Positions 41,238-53,004 are shown, numbered from the stretch's first letter. The stretch is DNA of 64,000 nucleotides from Candidatus Delongbacteria bacterium (GCA_963663545.1 OY760505.1:224001-288000), one strand, 5' to 3'. The notes: generated by a model not told the origin, from the sequence alone. Numbers and translations are program-made.

Positions 41238-42692
41238 TTACATGCAGCAGCCGGGAGTCCAGGTGAGCTGGGCGCGTTTGACGGCCATTACGTCGTCCAG
41301 CTTGCGCACCGGCGCGTTATTGGGAGCCGATTCCAACTCGGGCGCCTTGCGCTCCGCCTCGTCGGCGATTTGCAGCATGGCGGCGATGAAACGGTCCAGT
41401 GTATCACGGCTTTCGGTTTCCGTGGGTTCGATCATCAACGCTTCAGGCACGATCATCGGGAAGTAGGTGGTCGGCGCATGCACACCGAAATCAAGCAATC
41501 GCTTGGCCACATGGCTGGCCTTGTAGCCCAGCTTCTTCTGCTCGACGGCGCTGAAGACCACCTCGTGCATCGGCATCAAGTCGTAGAAGAGACGGAAACG
41601 ATCCTGCAGCTTGACGCGAATGTAATTGGCGTTGAGCACGGCGTTCTCGGCCACGCGTTTCAGTCCGGCGGCGCCCAGACGGCGCAGATAAACATAGGCG
41701 CGCAACATCACGGAGAAATTGCCGTGGAAGGCGTGCACCTTGCCCACCGACAGATCACCCACTTCCTGCCAGACAACGCCTGTATCACGGCGCACCGTCA
41801 CCGGCGTGGGCAGGAAGGGCGCCAGGCAGTCCTTGACCACCAGCGGACCGGCACCAGGTCCACCTCCACCGTGCGGTGTCGAGAAGGTCTTGTGCAGATT
41901 GATGTGCATCACGTCAAAGCCCAGGTCGCCGGGGCGCACAATGCCCAGCAGCGCGTTCAGATTGGCACCGTCCATGTAAGACAGCGCTCCGGCCTCGTGC
42001 ACCAGGCGATTGGCCTCGACAATCTGACGCTCGAAGATGCCCAAGGTATTAGGGTTCGTCACCATGAGCGCGGCAACATCGTCATCGAGCGCGGCCTTCA
42101 GGCTCTCCAGATCGATGCAGCCGTCGGCGCCCGACTTCAGCAGCTTGGGCGTGAAGCCGGCCATGGCGATGGAGGCGGGATTCGTACCATGGGCGCTATC
42201 GGGAATCAGCACGTACTTGCGCGCTTTGCCCCAGTGCTCGTGATACTTGCGAATCATGAAGAGCGCAGTCAACTCGCCGTGGGCACCGGCCACCGGCTGC
42301 AGCGTCACGGCGTCCATGCCGCTGATGCATACCAGCTGCTCGCCCAGGCTGTGCAAGAGTTCCAGCGCACCGGGCACTTGCTCGTCGGGCTGACACGGAT
42401 GCAGATTGGCAAAACCGGGCAGGCTGGCCAGGGCATCGTTCACCTTGGGATTGTATTTCATGGTGCAGGAACCCAGCGGATAGAAATCCTTGTCCAGGTG
42501 GTGATTCAGCACCGAAAGGCCAATGTAGTGGCGCACCACTTCGGGCTCCGCCAGCTCCGGCAGGGCGATCTCGCTCGCGCGCAACCCCGTTGCCGGCGTG
42601 CGGGGCTGAAGGCCGCCAAAGGAGACACCGCCGCGCTTGGCGGTAAAGCTGCTGCTACCGGGGCGGCTCTTCTCAAAGATCAGCTTGCTCAT
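41238..42692 (-). CDS. gcvPB: Glycine decarboxylase subunit 2
   Basis: PLGSCTMKYNP, NLHKTFSTPHGGGGPG and LMIEPTETES motifs. Confidence 0.97.
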   Translation of the reverse strand: MSKLIFEKSRPGSSSFTAKRGGVSFGGLQPRTPATGLRASEIALPELAEPEVVRHYIGLSVLNHHLDKDFYPLGSCTMKYNPKVNDALASLPGFANLHPCQPDEQVPGALELLHSLGEQLVCISGMDAVTLQPVAGAHGELTALFMIRKYHEHWGKARKYVLIPDSAHGTNPASIAMAGFTPKLLKSGADGCIDLESLKAALDDDVAALMVTNPNTLGIFERQIVEANRLVHEAGALSYMDGANLNALLGIVRPGDLGFDVMHINLHKTFSTPHGGGGPGAGPLVVKDCLAPFLPTPVTVRRDTGVVWQEVGDLSVGKVHAFHGNFSVMLRAYVYLRRLGAAGLKRVAENAVLNANYIRVKLQDRFRLFYDLMPMHEVVFSAVEQKKLGYKASHVAKRLLDFGVHAPTTYFPMIVPEALMIEPTETESRDTLDRFIAAMLQIADEAERKAPELESAPNNAPVRKLDDVMAVKRAQLTWTPGCCM

Positions 42693-44029
42693 TTCGCACC
42701 CCCTTCCAGCACCTTGCGCACAAGGGCCAGATAGCCTTCGTAGTCCTGCTGGTTCTGGACTTCGTTGACCGTTACCAGCAGGCCGCCATCGATGCCTTCC
42801 ACCGGCAGACCGACCAGAATGCCCGTTTCGCGACCGGCCGCCAGTAGCGCCTCGCGATCGGGTACGCTTACAACGAATTCGCGGAAGAATTCGCGGCCAG
42901 CACGATGCACGCTCACACCGGGCAGCGCTTCAAGCTGCTCCGCCAGCCAACTGGCGCGGGTGTAGAGCGCCTGCGCTTTGTCGCGCAGCCCTTCGGGTCC
43001 AAGGAGCGCCATGTGGATGGTGGCAAAAGTGCCCACCAGCGCTTGGTTGGTGCAGATGTTAGAGGTGGCCTTTTCGCGGCGAATGTGCTGCTCGCGGGTC
43101 TGGAACGTCAGTACGTAGCCAGTGTTGCCCGCGGCGTCTTCGGTGGCACCGATCAGACGACCGGGCATGAAGCGCGTGAACTCAGCCTTGGCGGTAAAGA
43201 AGCCAATGTAAGGGCCGCCGTACTGCAGAGGCTGACAGAGGCTCTGCCCCTCGGCCACTGCGATATCAGCGCCCAGCTCACCCGGCGAAGCAAAGAGGCC
43301 GATGGAGAGCGGGTCGAAAACGTGAACCAGCGCAGCACCCACACCGTGCGTCAGCTCGGCCACCGCAGCCACGTCTTCCATCAGACCGTGGCAATTGGGG
43401 CTCTGCACGACAACGCACGCGGTCTGCTCATTCAGCTCGGCCTTGAGCGCGTCGATGGAGAGCGCTTCGCCCAGCGGCAGACGCACCAGCTCGATGCCCT
43501 GATCCAGCAGATACGTATTGATGACCTGATTGGTGTGCGACCAAAGTTCGCCCGCCAGCACAACGCGCGTGCGCTTGCGTACCAGCACCGCCATGCGGAT
43601 GGCCTCGACCACGGCGGTGGAGCCATCGTACATGGAAGCATTGGCCACATCCATGCCCGTCAGTCCGGTGAGCATGGTCTGGAATTCAAAAATGGTCTGC
43701 AGCGTACCCTGGCTGACTTCGGCCTGATAGGGCGTGTACGCGGTGTAGTACTCGCTGCGCATGGCAACCGCCTTCACCGCTTCGGGAACCATGGTCACAT
43801 AGGCACCGCCCCCCAGATAGCAATTCTGCGGCAGGGGACAGCAGTTGCGCGCGGCCAGTTCCTGTACGTGGCGTACCAGGTCGGGCTCCGCCAAAGGCGC
43901 AGGCAAGGGCAATTCACCCTGAACCCGCAACTCACCGGGAATGTAGCTGAACAGCTCATCAAGGCTGTTCACACCGATGGCGGCCAGCATTTCGCGCCGG
44001 TCCGCATCGGTATTGCTGATATAGGGCAT
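42689..44029 (-). CDS. gcvPA: Glycine decarboxylase subunit 1
   Basis: YTAYTPYQAEVSQG and REQHIRREKATSNICTNQ; ATG at 44029 with GGAGG RBS. Confidence 0.97.
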   Translation of the reverse strand: MPYISNTDADRREMLAAIGVNSLDELFSYIPGELRVQGELPLPAPLAEPDLVRHVQELAARNCCPLPQNCYLGGGAYVTMVPEAVKAVAMRSEYYTAYTPYQAEVSQGTLQTIFEFQTMLTGLTGMDVANASMYDGSTAVVEAIRMAVLVRKRTRVVLAGELWSHTNQVINTYLLDQGIELVRLPLGEALSIDALKAELNEQTACVVVQSPNCHGLMEDVAAVAELTHGVGAALVHVFDPLSIGLFASPGELGADIAVAEGQSLCQPLQYGGPYIGFFTAKAEFTRFMPGRLIGATEDAAGNTGYVLTFQTREQHIRREKATSNICTNQALVGTFATIHMALLGPEGLRDKAQALYTRASWLAEQLEALPGVSVHRAGREFFREFVVSVPDREALLAAGRETGILVGLPVEGIDGGLLVTVNEVQNQQDYEGYLALVRKVLEGGAK

Positions 44030-44082
44030 GACACCTCCATGGTCGGCATGGCCGACAACCCGCTCTTTGCAGGCGGGGGACA

Positions 44083-44119
44083 AACAAGGACGGCGGAGCC
44101 CGTCAAGGGTCCGCCGTTA
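44083..44119 (-). terminator. Hairpin / possible terminator after gcvH
   Basis: Minus strand ACGGCGGA...TCCGCCGT stem followed by CCTTGTTT. Confidence 0.5.
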
Positions 44120-44143
44120 CCAATTGAAAGCCGCCCGGGATCC

Positions 44144-44530
44144 TTAGATCTCGATGTGCTTCTCGTACTCGTCCGGACCCATCAGGTCTTCCAGCTCCTT
44201 GACATCGCGCAGCTTGATGCGATAGAGCCAGCCGCCGTGATAAGGATCGCCGTTGATGGCATCGGGAGTGTCGGCCAGCGCCTCGTTGACTTCGGTAATC
44301 TCGCCGCTGACGGGAGCGTAGATGTCGGCCATGGCCTTGACGGCCTCGATGGTGCCGATACTGTCGCCCTTCTCGAACTCTTCGCCTGCGCCGACGAGCT
44401 CGAGCATCACGATGTCGCCCAACTCACTCTGGGCAAAATCGGTGATACCAACAACGACCTCGTCGCCTTCAACCAGCACCCATTCGTGGTCGTCGGTGTA
44501 GAGCAGGTTGCCCGGTACGCTCATGATCAT
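44144..44530 (-). CDS. gcvH: Glycine cleavage system H protein
   Basis: YTDDHEWV, GITDFAQ and EAVKA lipoyl-Lys motifs. Confidence 0.96.
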   Translation of the reverse strand: MIMSVPGNLLYTDDHEWVLVEGDEVVVGITDFAQSELGDIVMLELVGAGEEFEKGDSIGTIEAVKAMADIYAPVSGEITEVNEALADTPDAINGDPYHGGWLYRIKLRDVKELEDLMGPDEYEKHIEI

Positions 44531-44566
44531 CTCCGAATAATATTGGCGGATGCGATTCCGCTTGTC

Positions 44567-45910
44567 CTATGGTTTGTATTCATGCTGCTCCAAAAAGCGA
44601 ATGTCGTATTCGCCGGAGCGGAAGGTTTCGTTCTGCATCAGCCATTTGTGGAAGGGAACCGTGCTACGCACGCCCTCGACCACGTACTCCTCCAGCGCAC
44701 GGGCCATGCGAATGATCGCGCGCTGGCGATCCGGCGCGTGAACAATGAGCTTGCCCATCAGGCTGTCGTAGTGCGGAGGAATGGTGTAGCCCTGGTACAC
44801 GTGGCTGTCGACGCGCACACCGGGGCCGCCAGGCAGATTCAGCGCCTGGATGGTGCCCGCAAAGGGCATGAAGTTCTTTGCCGGATCCTCGGCGTTGATC
44901 CGGCACTCAATGGCGTGACCGTTCAGCTGGATCTGCTGTTGACTCAGGGCCAGCGGCTCACCCACGGCGCACAGGATCATCTGACGAATCAGATCGACGC
45001 CGGTCACCATCTCGGTCACCGGATGTTCCACCTGAATGCGCGTGTTCATTTCCATGAAATAGAACTCGCCGTCCTGCAGCAGAAACTCAACCGTACCCGC
45101 GCTGGAATAACCCACGGCGTGACCGGCGGCGACTGCGGCCGCACCCATACGTTCGCGCAATTCAGGTGATACAGCCGGGCTGGGACACTCCTCCACCAGC
45201 TTCTGATGTCGGCGTTGAACGGTGCAGTCGCGCTCGCCCAGGTGTAACACGTTGCCGTGGCGATCGGCGATGATCTGCAGCTCGACGTGGCGCGGCCGCT
45301 CGAGATACTTCTCGAGATAGAGCCCCGCGTTGCCGAAGCCTGCCTGTGCTTCCGCGCTGGCGGTCTTGAAGGCGTGCTCGACATCCGCCGCGCTACGAGC
45401 GACACGCATGCCGCGTCCGCCTCCACCGGCGGTGGCTTTCAAAATGACAGGATAGCCCACGTCCTCGGCCAGACGGCTGGCTTCCTCGGCGGACTCCAGC
45501 AGGCCCTCGCTTCCGGGCACCACCGGTACACCGGCAGCACGCATGGTGCGCTTGGCTTCGGCCTTGTCGCCCATGCGACGGATGGCTTCGGGCGTCGGTC
45601 CCACAAAGGTAAGTCCGTGCTCTTCGCACATTTCGGCAAAGGCCGCGTTCTCGGCGAGAAAGCCGTAACCCGGATGAAGGGAGTCGCAATCGTGAGTATC
45701 GGCGGCAGCCAGCAAGCTGCGCACGTTCAGATAGCTCTGCGCAGAAGGCGGCGGTCCGATACAGACAGCCTCGTCTGCGAAGCGCACGTGCAGGCTGTCG
45801 GCGTCGGCGGTGGAATACACAGCCACGCTCTCAATGCCCAGCTCCCGGCAGGCGCGCACCACCCGCAGGGCGATCTCTCCGCGGTTGGCAATCAGCATGC
45901 GTCGGAACAA
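44567..45910 (-). CDS. accC: Acetyl-CoA carboxylase biotin carboxylase
   Basis: [25 protein letters not shown] and [10 protein letters not shown] motifs. Confidence 0.96.
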   Translation of the reverse strand: MFRRMLIANRGEIALRVVRACRELGIESVAVYSTADADSLHVRFADEAVCIGPPPSAQSYLNVRSLLAAADTHDCDSLHPGYGFLAENAAFAEMCEEHGLTFVGPTPEAIRRMGDKAEAKRTMRAAGVPVVPGSEGLLESAEEASRLAEDVGYPVILKATAGGGGRGMRVARSAADVEHAFKTASAEAQAGFGNAGLYLEKYLERPRHVELQIIADRHGNVLHLGERDCTVQRRHQKLVEECPSPAVSPELRERMGAAAVAAGHAVGYSSAGTVEFLLQDGEFYFMEMNTRIQVEHPVTEMVTGVDLIRQMILCAVGEPLALSQQQIQLNGHAIECRINAEDPAKNFMPFAGTIQALNLPGGPGVRVDSHVYQGYTIPPHYDSLMGKLIVHAPDRQRAIIRMARALEEYVVEGVRSTVPFHKWLMQNETFRSGEYDIRFLEQHEYKP

Positions 45911-45919
45911 GACGACCTC

Positions 45920-46393
45920 CTAGTGCGGATCGATACGGAACAGAATCTGATCGAACTGGACCGGGCTGGAATTGTCCACCAAAATCTCAGCGATGGTGCC
46001 GGAGATCTCAGCCTCGATCTCGTTCATGATCTTCATGGCTTCGATGATGCAAAGCGTCTGGCCCGCCTTGATGCTGTCGCCCACTTCAACGAAGGGCTTG
46101 GCGTCGGGGCTGGGGCTGCGATAGAAATTGCCCACCATCGGTGATTTGACATCCTCCAGTGTGCTGTCGACCACGGCCGGAGCGGCGGCTGCGACAACAG
46201 GCTGGGCGGGCGCTGCGGGCCCCGCACTCAGGGAAGCCGGCGCGGCAAACACGCTCTCGACCACCTGCGGCACGGCGACTCCGCGACTCTCCTTGCGGAT
46301 GCGGATCTGCAGTTCGCCTTCTTCGATCTCGAGGGAAGAAATGTTGGCTCCCTCTACGAGGCGCACCAGTTTGCGAATCTCATTGAAATCCAT
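45920..46393 (-). CDS. accB: Biotin carboxyl carrier protein
   Basis: Ala/Pro linker, [15 protein letters not shown]. Confidence 0.96.
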   Translation of the reverse strand: MDFNEIRKLVRLVEGANISSLEIEEGELQIRIRKESRGVAVPQVVESVFAAPASLSAGPAAPAQPVVAAAAPAVVDSTLEDVKSPMVGNFYRSPSPDAKPFVEVGDSIKAGQTLCIIEAMKIMNEIEAEISGTIAEILVDNSSPVQFDQILFRIDPH

Positions 46394-46426
46394 CGGCTGT
46401 CCTTTTTCTGCTCGCTCGAGTTGAGC

Positions 46427-46987
46427 TTACTTGACGCGCTCGACGTACTCACGCTTGCGGGTGTCCACCTTGATTACCTCGCCCTCTCCAATGAAGAAGG
46501 GGACCATCACCGTGCAGCCTGTCTCCAGCTTGGCCGGCTTCTTGCCGCCCTGCGCGGTGTCGCCCTTGTCGTTGGGCTCGGTCTCGACAATCTGCAGCAC
46601 GACGTGAATCGGCAGCTCGATGCCAAGCGCTTCGGTGCCATGGAATAGCACGTCCACTTCGGTGGTTTCCTTCATCAGATCGATGACCTCGTCCACCAGG
46701 TAATCGGGCAGAATCAACTGCTCGTAGGTCTCATTGTCCATAAAGGTGTAGCCGGTTGCGTCCCTGTACAGGTACTGCATCTGGCGACTCTCCAGGCGGA
46801 CGATTTCGATCTTTTCGCCTGAGCGGAAGGTGGGGTCCAGGACCTTTCCGGTACGCACGTTCTTGATCTTGGTGCGCACGAAGGCACCGCCCTTGCCGGG
46901 CTTGACGTGCTGGAATTCGATGATGCGAAAAAGGTCGTTGTCGATTTTGATGGTCAGTCCGTTTCGGAAATCTGCAGTCGATGCCAT
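46427..46987 (-). CDS. efp: Elongation factor P
   Basis: HVKPGKGGAFVR and KPAKLETG motifs. Confidence 0.97.
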   Translation of the reverse strand: MASTADFRNGLTIKIDNDLFRIIEFQHVKPGKGGAFVRTKIKNVRTGKVLDPTFRSGEKIEIVRLESRQMQYLYRDATGYTFMDNETYEQLILPDYLVDEVIDLMKETTEVDVLFHGTEALGIELPIHVVLQIVETEPNDKGDTAQGGKKPAKLETGCTVMVPFFIGEGEVIKVDTRKREYVERVK

Positions 46988-47085
46988 AACGCGGGAGTTC
47001 TCCTGGTTCTTTTGCCAAGTCGCTTCCGGTGGGCCAAACAGGGGCAGTCAGCCGGGCGAATGCGGAATTTATTAATCGAGCCCTA

Positions 47086-49699
<2,614 letters not shown>

Positions 49700-49812
49700 G
49701 CTTCCTCCTTTGCGCTTTGAAGGAGAAGATAAATCATCCCACCCTTCTACATCGCGATCGGAATCGCCAGACAGCGCCGCTCAACAGGTTCTTACTCCCC
49801 CCCCCCACTCTT

Positions 49813-49860
49813 ATCGCTACCGGTATCGGTATCGGGATCGACTCCAAGGGTGTCGGACCG
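49813..49860. repeat. (ATCGGT)n hexamer tract plus short dispersed repeat
   Basis: 49825-49860 matches 61601-61636 at 28/36 positions by manual alignment. Confidence 0.65.
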
Positions 49861-50008
49861 TGATTCCAAGCTAGCGCAGCCTCAGACAGTGAAATCAGGA
49901 GTGGGATGTATCACAGCATGATCGTGATACACGACAAATGGGACGTGCAATGAAGAGCTGGAAAGTAGGTGCGGCGTGATTCCTGCACCCAGTCCAAATC
50001 TGTAATAC

Positions 50009-50037
50009 GAAAACGAGGCCCAAGCGGGCCTCGTTTC
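50009..50037 (-). terminator. Intrinsic (possibly bidirectional) terminator
   Basis: AAACGAGGCCC-AAGC-GGGCCTCGTTT perfect stem. Confidence 0.8.
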
Positions 50038-50069
50038 TTCTACACAGAAAAGGTGAATGAAAGTCAGGG

Positions 50070-50972
50070 CTAACGCACCAGCACCATCTTGCGGGTCTCC
50101 GTCAGCCGACCCGACTGCAGGCGGTAGAAATAGGTACCGCTGGGCAGGTTGGCCGCGTCGAAGGACACCGTGTGCTGCCCGCTCTCCATCAAACCGTTCG
50201 CCAGCGTGCTCACCAACGAACCATTCAGGTTGTAGACCTTCAGCTGAGTCATCTCGGTCTCGGGCAAGCTGAAGCTGATGGCGGTAGTGGGGTTGAAGGG
50301 GTTCGGATAGTTCTGGCTCAGGCCAAAGCTACCAGCGACCGGATCGGCGGAGGCTACTGGAGGTGCAGCAGGTAGGCCCTCGAGGGTGACGCTGTAGGCG
50401 ATCTCGTCGGGGAAATCGGTACCGTAGCCGAAGAGACCCAGCAGCAGCCAGTACTGACCGGCATTCAGGGTGATATCGTAGCTAACGATGCCGTCGATTG
50501 ACTCGTACTCAGAGCTCAAGTCGTAGCCCGGAACTGAACAGTCCAAAGTACCCACGCTGTTGCCATAAACGGTAGCGTAGAATGGGATCACGGTTTCCGT
50601 CTCGGCGTAGACGGTCAGCGTGGTGGTTTCGGTCAAAGTGATCTCGTACCAGTCCAGGTCGCGGAAGTTGTTGCCACTACTGGTAACGTAGGTGAACAAG
50701 GTGCCACAGATGTGGGCGTATGCCGGCTGTGCCATGTAAGGAATGGAGTTGCATGCGCCGTTTTGATCCGCGACTGGATCACTGTGCGGAGGCAGGTTTT
50801 CCAGGAAGGCGCCGTCGCAGCTCAGATCACGCGGTCCAGGAATGCAAGCCGCCGTCGGGGCGGGCGTGTAACCAGCCGGAGCCTGTACAGCGGAGGTTGA
50901 AGAAGCGAGGTTGGCGTTGGCGTTTAGTGAGAGGGCACAGGCCAGACAAGTGACGATGAGCATACGGTTCAT
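50070..50972 (-). CDS. Secreted protein with T9SS type A C-terminal sorting domain
   Basis: Signal peptide MNRMLIVTCLACALSLNANA; DLDWYEI (PPC-like) segment; QNYPNPFNPTT...LPSGTYFYRL...KMVLVR. Confidence 0.85.
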   Translation of the reverse strand: MNRMLIVTCLACALSLNANANLASSTSAVQAPAGYTPAPTAACIPGPRDLSCDGAFLENLPPHSDPVADQNGACNSIPYMAQPAYAHICGTLFTYVTSSGNNFRDLDWYEITLTETTTLTVYAETETVIPFYATVYGNSVGTLDCSVPGYDLSSEYESIDGIVSYDITLNAGQYWLLLGLFGYGTDFPDEIAYSVTLEGLPAAPPVASADPVAGSFGLSQNYPNPFNPTTAISFSLPETEMTQLKVYNLNGSLVSTLANGLMESGQHTVSFDAANLPSGTYFYRLQSGRLTETRKMVLVR

Positions 50973-51047
50973 TCTAAATCCTTCCTTCTCCCCCAGGGGC
51001 CGCCTGAGGTATGTTTGATGTTGCATTGCCAATTCGCCAGCCGCAGT

Positions 51048-51063
51048 GGCAAAGGGTGTGCCA
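51048..51063 (-). promoter_or_regulatory. Sigma54 -24/-12 promoter for the T9SS cargo gene
   Basis: Minus strand TGGCAC-ACCCT-TTGCC about 75 bp upstream of ATG 50972. Confidence 0.75.
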
Positions 51064-51174
51064 CGAATTTCAATCACCGGATATTACACTATTTAGGCCC
51101 ATTCTTTACTCGTGCCGAGTCGCAATTTTGCCCGATTTTGAACACTTCCAAGCATACTGACAGATTTCCTGTAT

Positions 51175-51198
51175 AAAACCCCGCCGTTGGGCGGGGGC
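51175..51198 (-). terminator. Intrinsic terminator
   Basis: Minus strand CCCCGCC-CAAC-GGCGGGG-TTTT. Confidence 0.7.
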
Positions 51199-51249
51199 TC
51201 TGGAAGCTTAATTGATTGGCTAGTGGACCGATTCGCGTTGAGGGCGAGC

Positions 51250-52014
51250 TTATTTAAGTAGCATCACCTTCTGGATTGCACTTTCATGCGGCGTGCTCAC
51301 TTTGATCAAGTATAAACCGCTGGCAAGATCTGCGGCTGAGAAAGCGTACTGGTTCTCGCCGGCAGTGCACTCCTCGTCCAGCAGCAGCCGTACACGCTGT
51401 CCGCACAGATTAAAGACCTCAAGACGCGTGCGGGCCGATGCGGGCTGCGCCCAGCGCACAAGGGTCGTTGGATTGAAAGGATTAGGATAGTTGTCGTGTA
51501 ACACCAGCGACCCGGGTATCACGGCCTGTTCCTTCACTCCCGAGGAAGTCAGGCCCAGCGCGGTCGATAAATAGTCGACGGCGCTCTCCGGCGTGTACTA
51601 GTGCAGCGAGAGAGCCGTGATACGACACTCGAAGGGCTCGTCGACCCACACTCCGGCAACGCGGCCATTGTTGTCGTCGCTGGTCTGCCAGACGCAGGCC
51701 TCGTAGCCCTCTTGCAGATAGTCCTCAGCCATGGGAGCTAAAGCGATGACCAGTGAATCGGGATTCTGGGCAGCCACCAGCTCTTCGTCTATCACCAGAT
51801 TCGTTCCAGAGGGTGAGTGTGTCCCACCCGCGCGGATGCCTCTCAGAAGCTCCGTGAGGAGACCATACTCGGTGGGAGTCTCGTACACGAGCATTACCGG
51901 CTCCCCGGCTCCCAACTCCAAGTAGTCCATCCCAGGAATGCTGCCGGGCAAACACCCCTGTCCCGTCACCAGCACGCGTCCGCCAATGCGTGTGATGGGA
52001 TTGAGCTGCAGCAC
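51250..52014 (-). pseudogene. 5'-truncated T9SS-CTD protein gene with in-frame TAG
   Basis: ORFs 51598-52014 and 51250-51537 share a frame across one TAG (51598-51600); NYPNPFNP CTD; no signal peptide; 5' end abuts the repeat array. Confidence 0.75.
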
Positions 52015-52960
52015 AGCTGGTCAGCAAGCGATTTCACTCAGCTTTCTGCAACCATCTCTTGCAGGCAACTGCAATAGCCTGTACATCGCGGCCTCTTCGC
52101 GAGCATGGCTCAATTGGTAGAGTGCCAGCTTCCCAGTTCCTCTGCTGCACGCGGACGCGTAGCGTCTGAGGTGCAGCATAGCTGGTCAGCAAGCGATTTC
52201 ACTCAGCTTTCTGCAACCATCTCTTGCAGGCAACTGCAATAGCCTGTACATCGCGGCCTCTTCGCGAGCATGGCTCAATTGGTAGAGTGCCAGCTTCCCA
52301 GTTCCTCTGCTGCACGCGGACGCGTAGCGTCTGAGGTGCAGCACAGCTGGTCAGCAAGCGATTTCACTCAGCTTTCTGCAACCATCTCTTGCAGGCAACT
52401 GCAATAGCCTGTACATCGCGGCCTCTTCGCGAGCATGGCTCAATTGGTAGAGTGCCAGCTTCCCAGTTCCTCTGCTGCACGCGGACGCGTAGCGTCTGAG
52501 GTGCAGCACAGCTGGTCAGCAAGCGATTTCACTCAGCTTTCTGCAACCATCTCTTGCAGGCAACTGCAATAGCCTGTACATTGTGACCCACTTGCGAGCG
52601 TAACTCAGTTGGTAGAGTGCCAGCTTCCCAGTTCCTCTGCTGCACGCGGACGCGTAGCGTCTGAGGTGCAGCACAGCTGGTCAGCAAGCGATTTCACCCG
52701 GCTTTCTGCAACTATCTCTTGCAGGCAACTGCAATAGCCTGTACATCGCGGCCTCTTCGCGAGCATGGCTCAATTGGTAGAGTGCCAGCTTCCCAGTTCC
52801 TCTGCTGCACGCGGACGCGTAGCGTCTGAGGTGCAGCACAGCTGGTCAGCAAGCGATTTCACTCAGCTTTCTGCAACCATCTCTTGCAGGCAACTGCAAT
52901 AGCCTGTACATTGTGACCCACTTGCGAGCGTAACTCAGTTGGTAGAGTGCCAGCTTCCCA
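52007..52960 (+). repeat. 165-bp tandem array of promoter-like sequence + tRNA-Gly 5' half + 44-nt hairpin (5 interrupted copies plus the intact terminal gene)
   Basis: TCAGCAAGCG recurs at 52021, 52186, 52351, 52516, 52681 and 52846; tRNA 5' ends at 52099, 52264, 52429, 52594, 52759 and 52924. Confidence 0.95.
52884..52912 (+). promoter_or_regulatory. Sigma70-like promoter of tRNA-Gly (repeated in each array unit)
   Basis: TTGCAG-17 nt-TACATT ending 11 nt before the tRNA. Confidence 0.6.
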
Positions 52961-52996
52961 AGCTGGTCGTCGCGGGTTCGAGCCCCGTCGCTCGCT
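52924..52996 (+). tRNA. tRNA-Gly (anticodon CCC), CCA not encoded
   Basis: Cloverleaf: GCGAGCG/CGCTCGC acceptor, ACTC/GAGT D stem, CCAGC-TTCCCAA-GCTGG anticodon arm, GGTTCGAGCC T loop, U73. Confidence 0.95.
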
Positions 52997-53004
52997 GTTT
53001 GTCA

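Noticed and set aside
41148-45169. Long plus-strand ORFs (528 aa and 754 aa)
   Set aside because: Antisense shadows of gcvPB, gcvPA, gcvH and accC, typical of GC-rich codon bias.
52136-52179. Canonical archaeal BHB intron or group I intron
   Set aside because: No bulge-helix-bulge at the junctions, far too short for group I, and the interrupted copies lack the T arm and acceptor 3' strand.
52007-52960. CRISPR array
   Set aside because: Units are 165 bp and near-identical with no unique spacers; no cas genes in the window.
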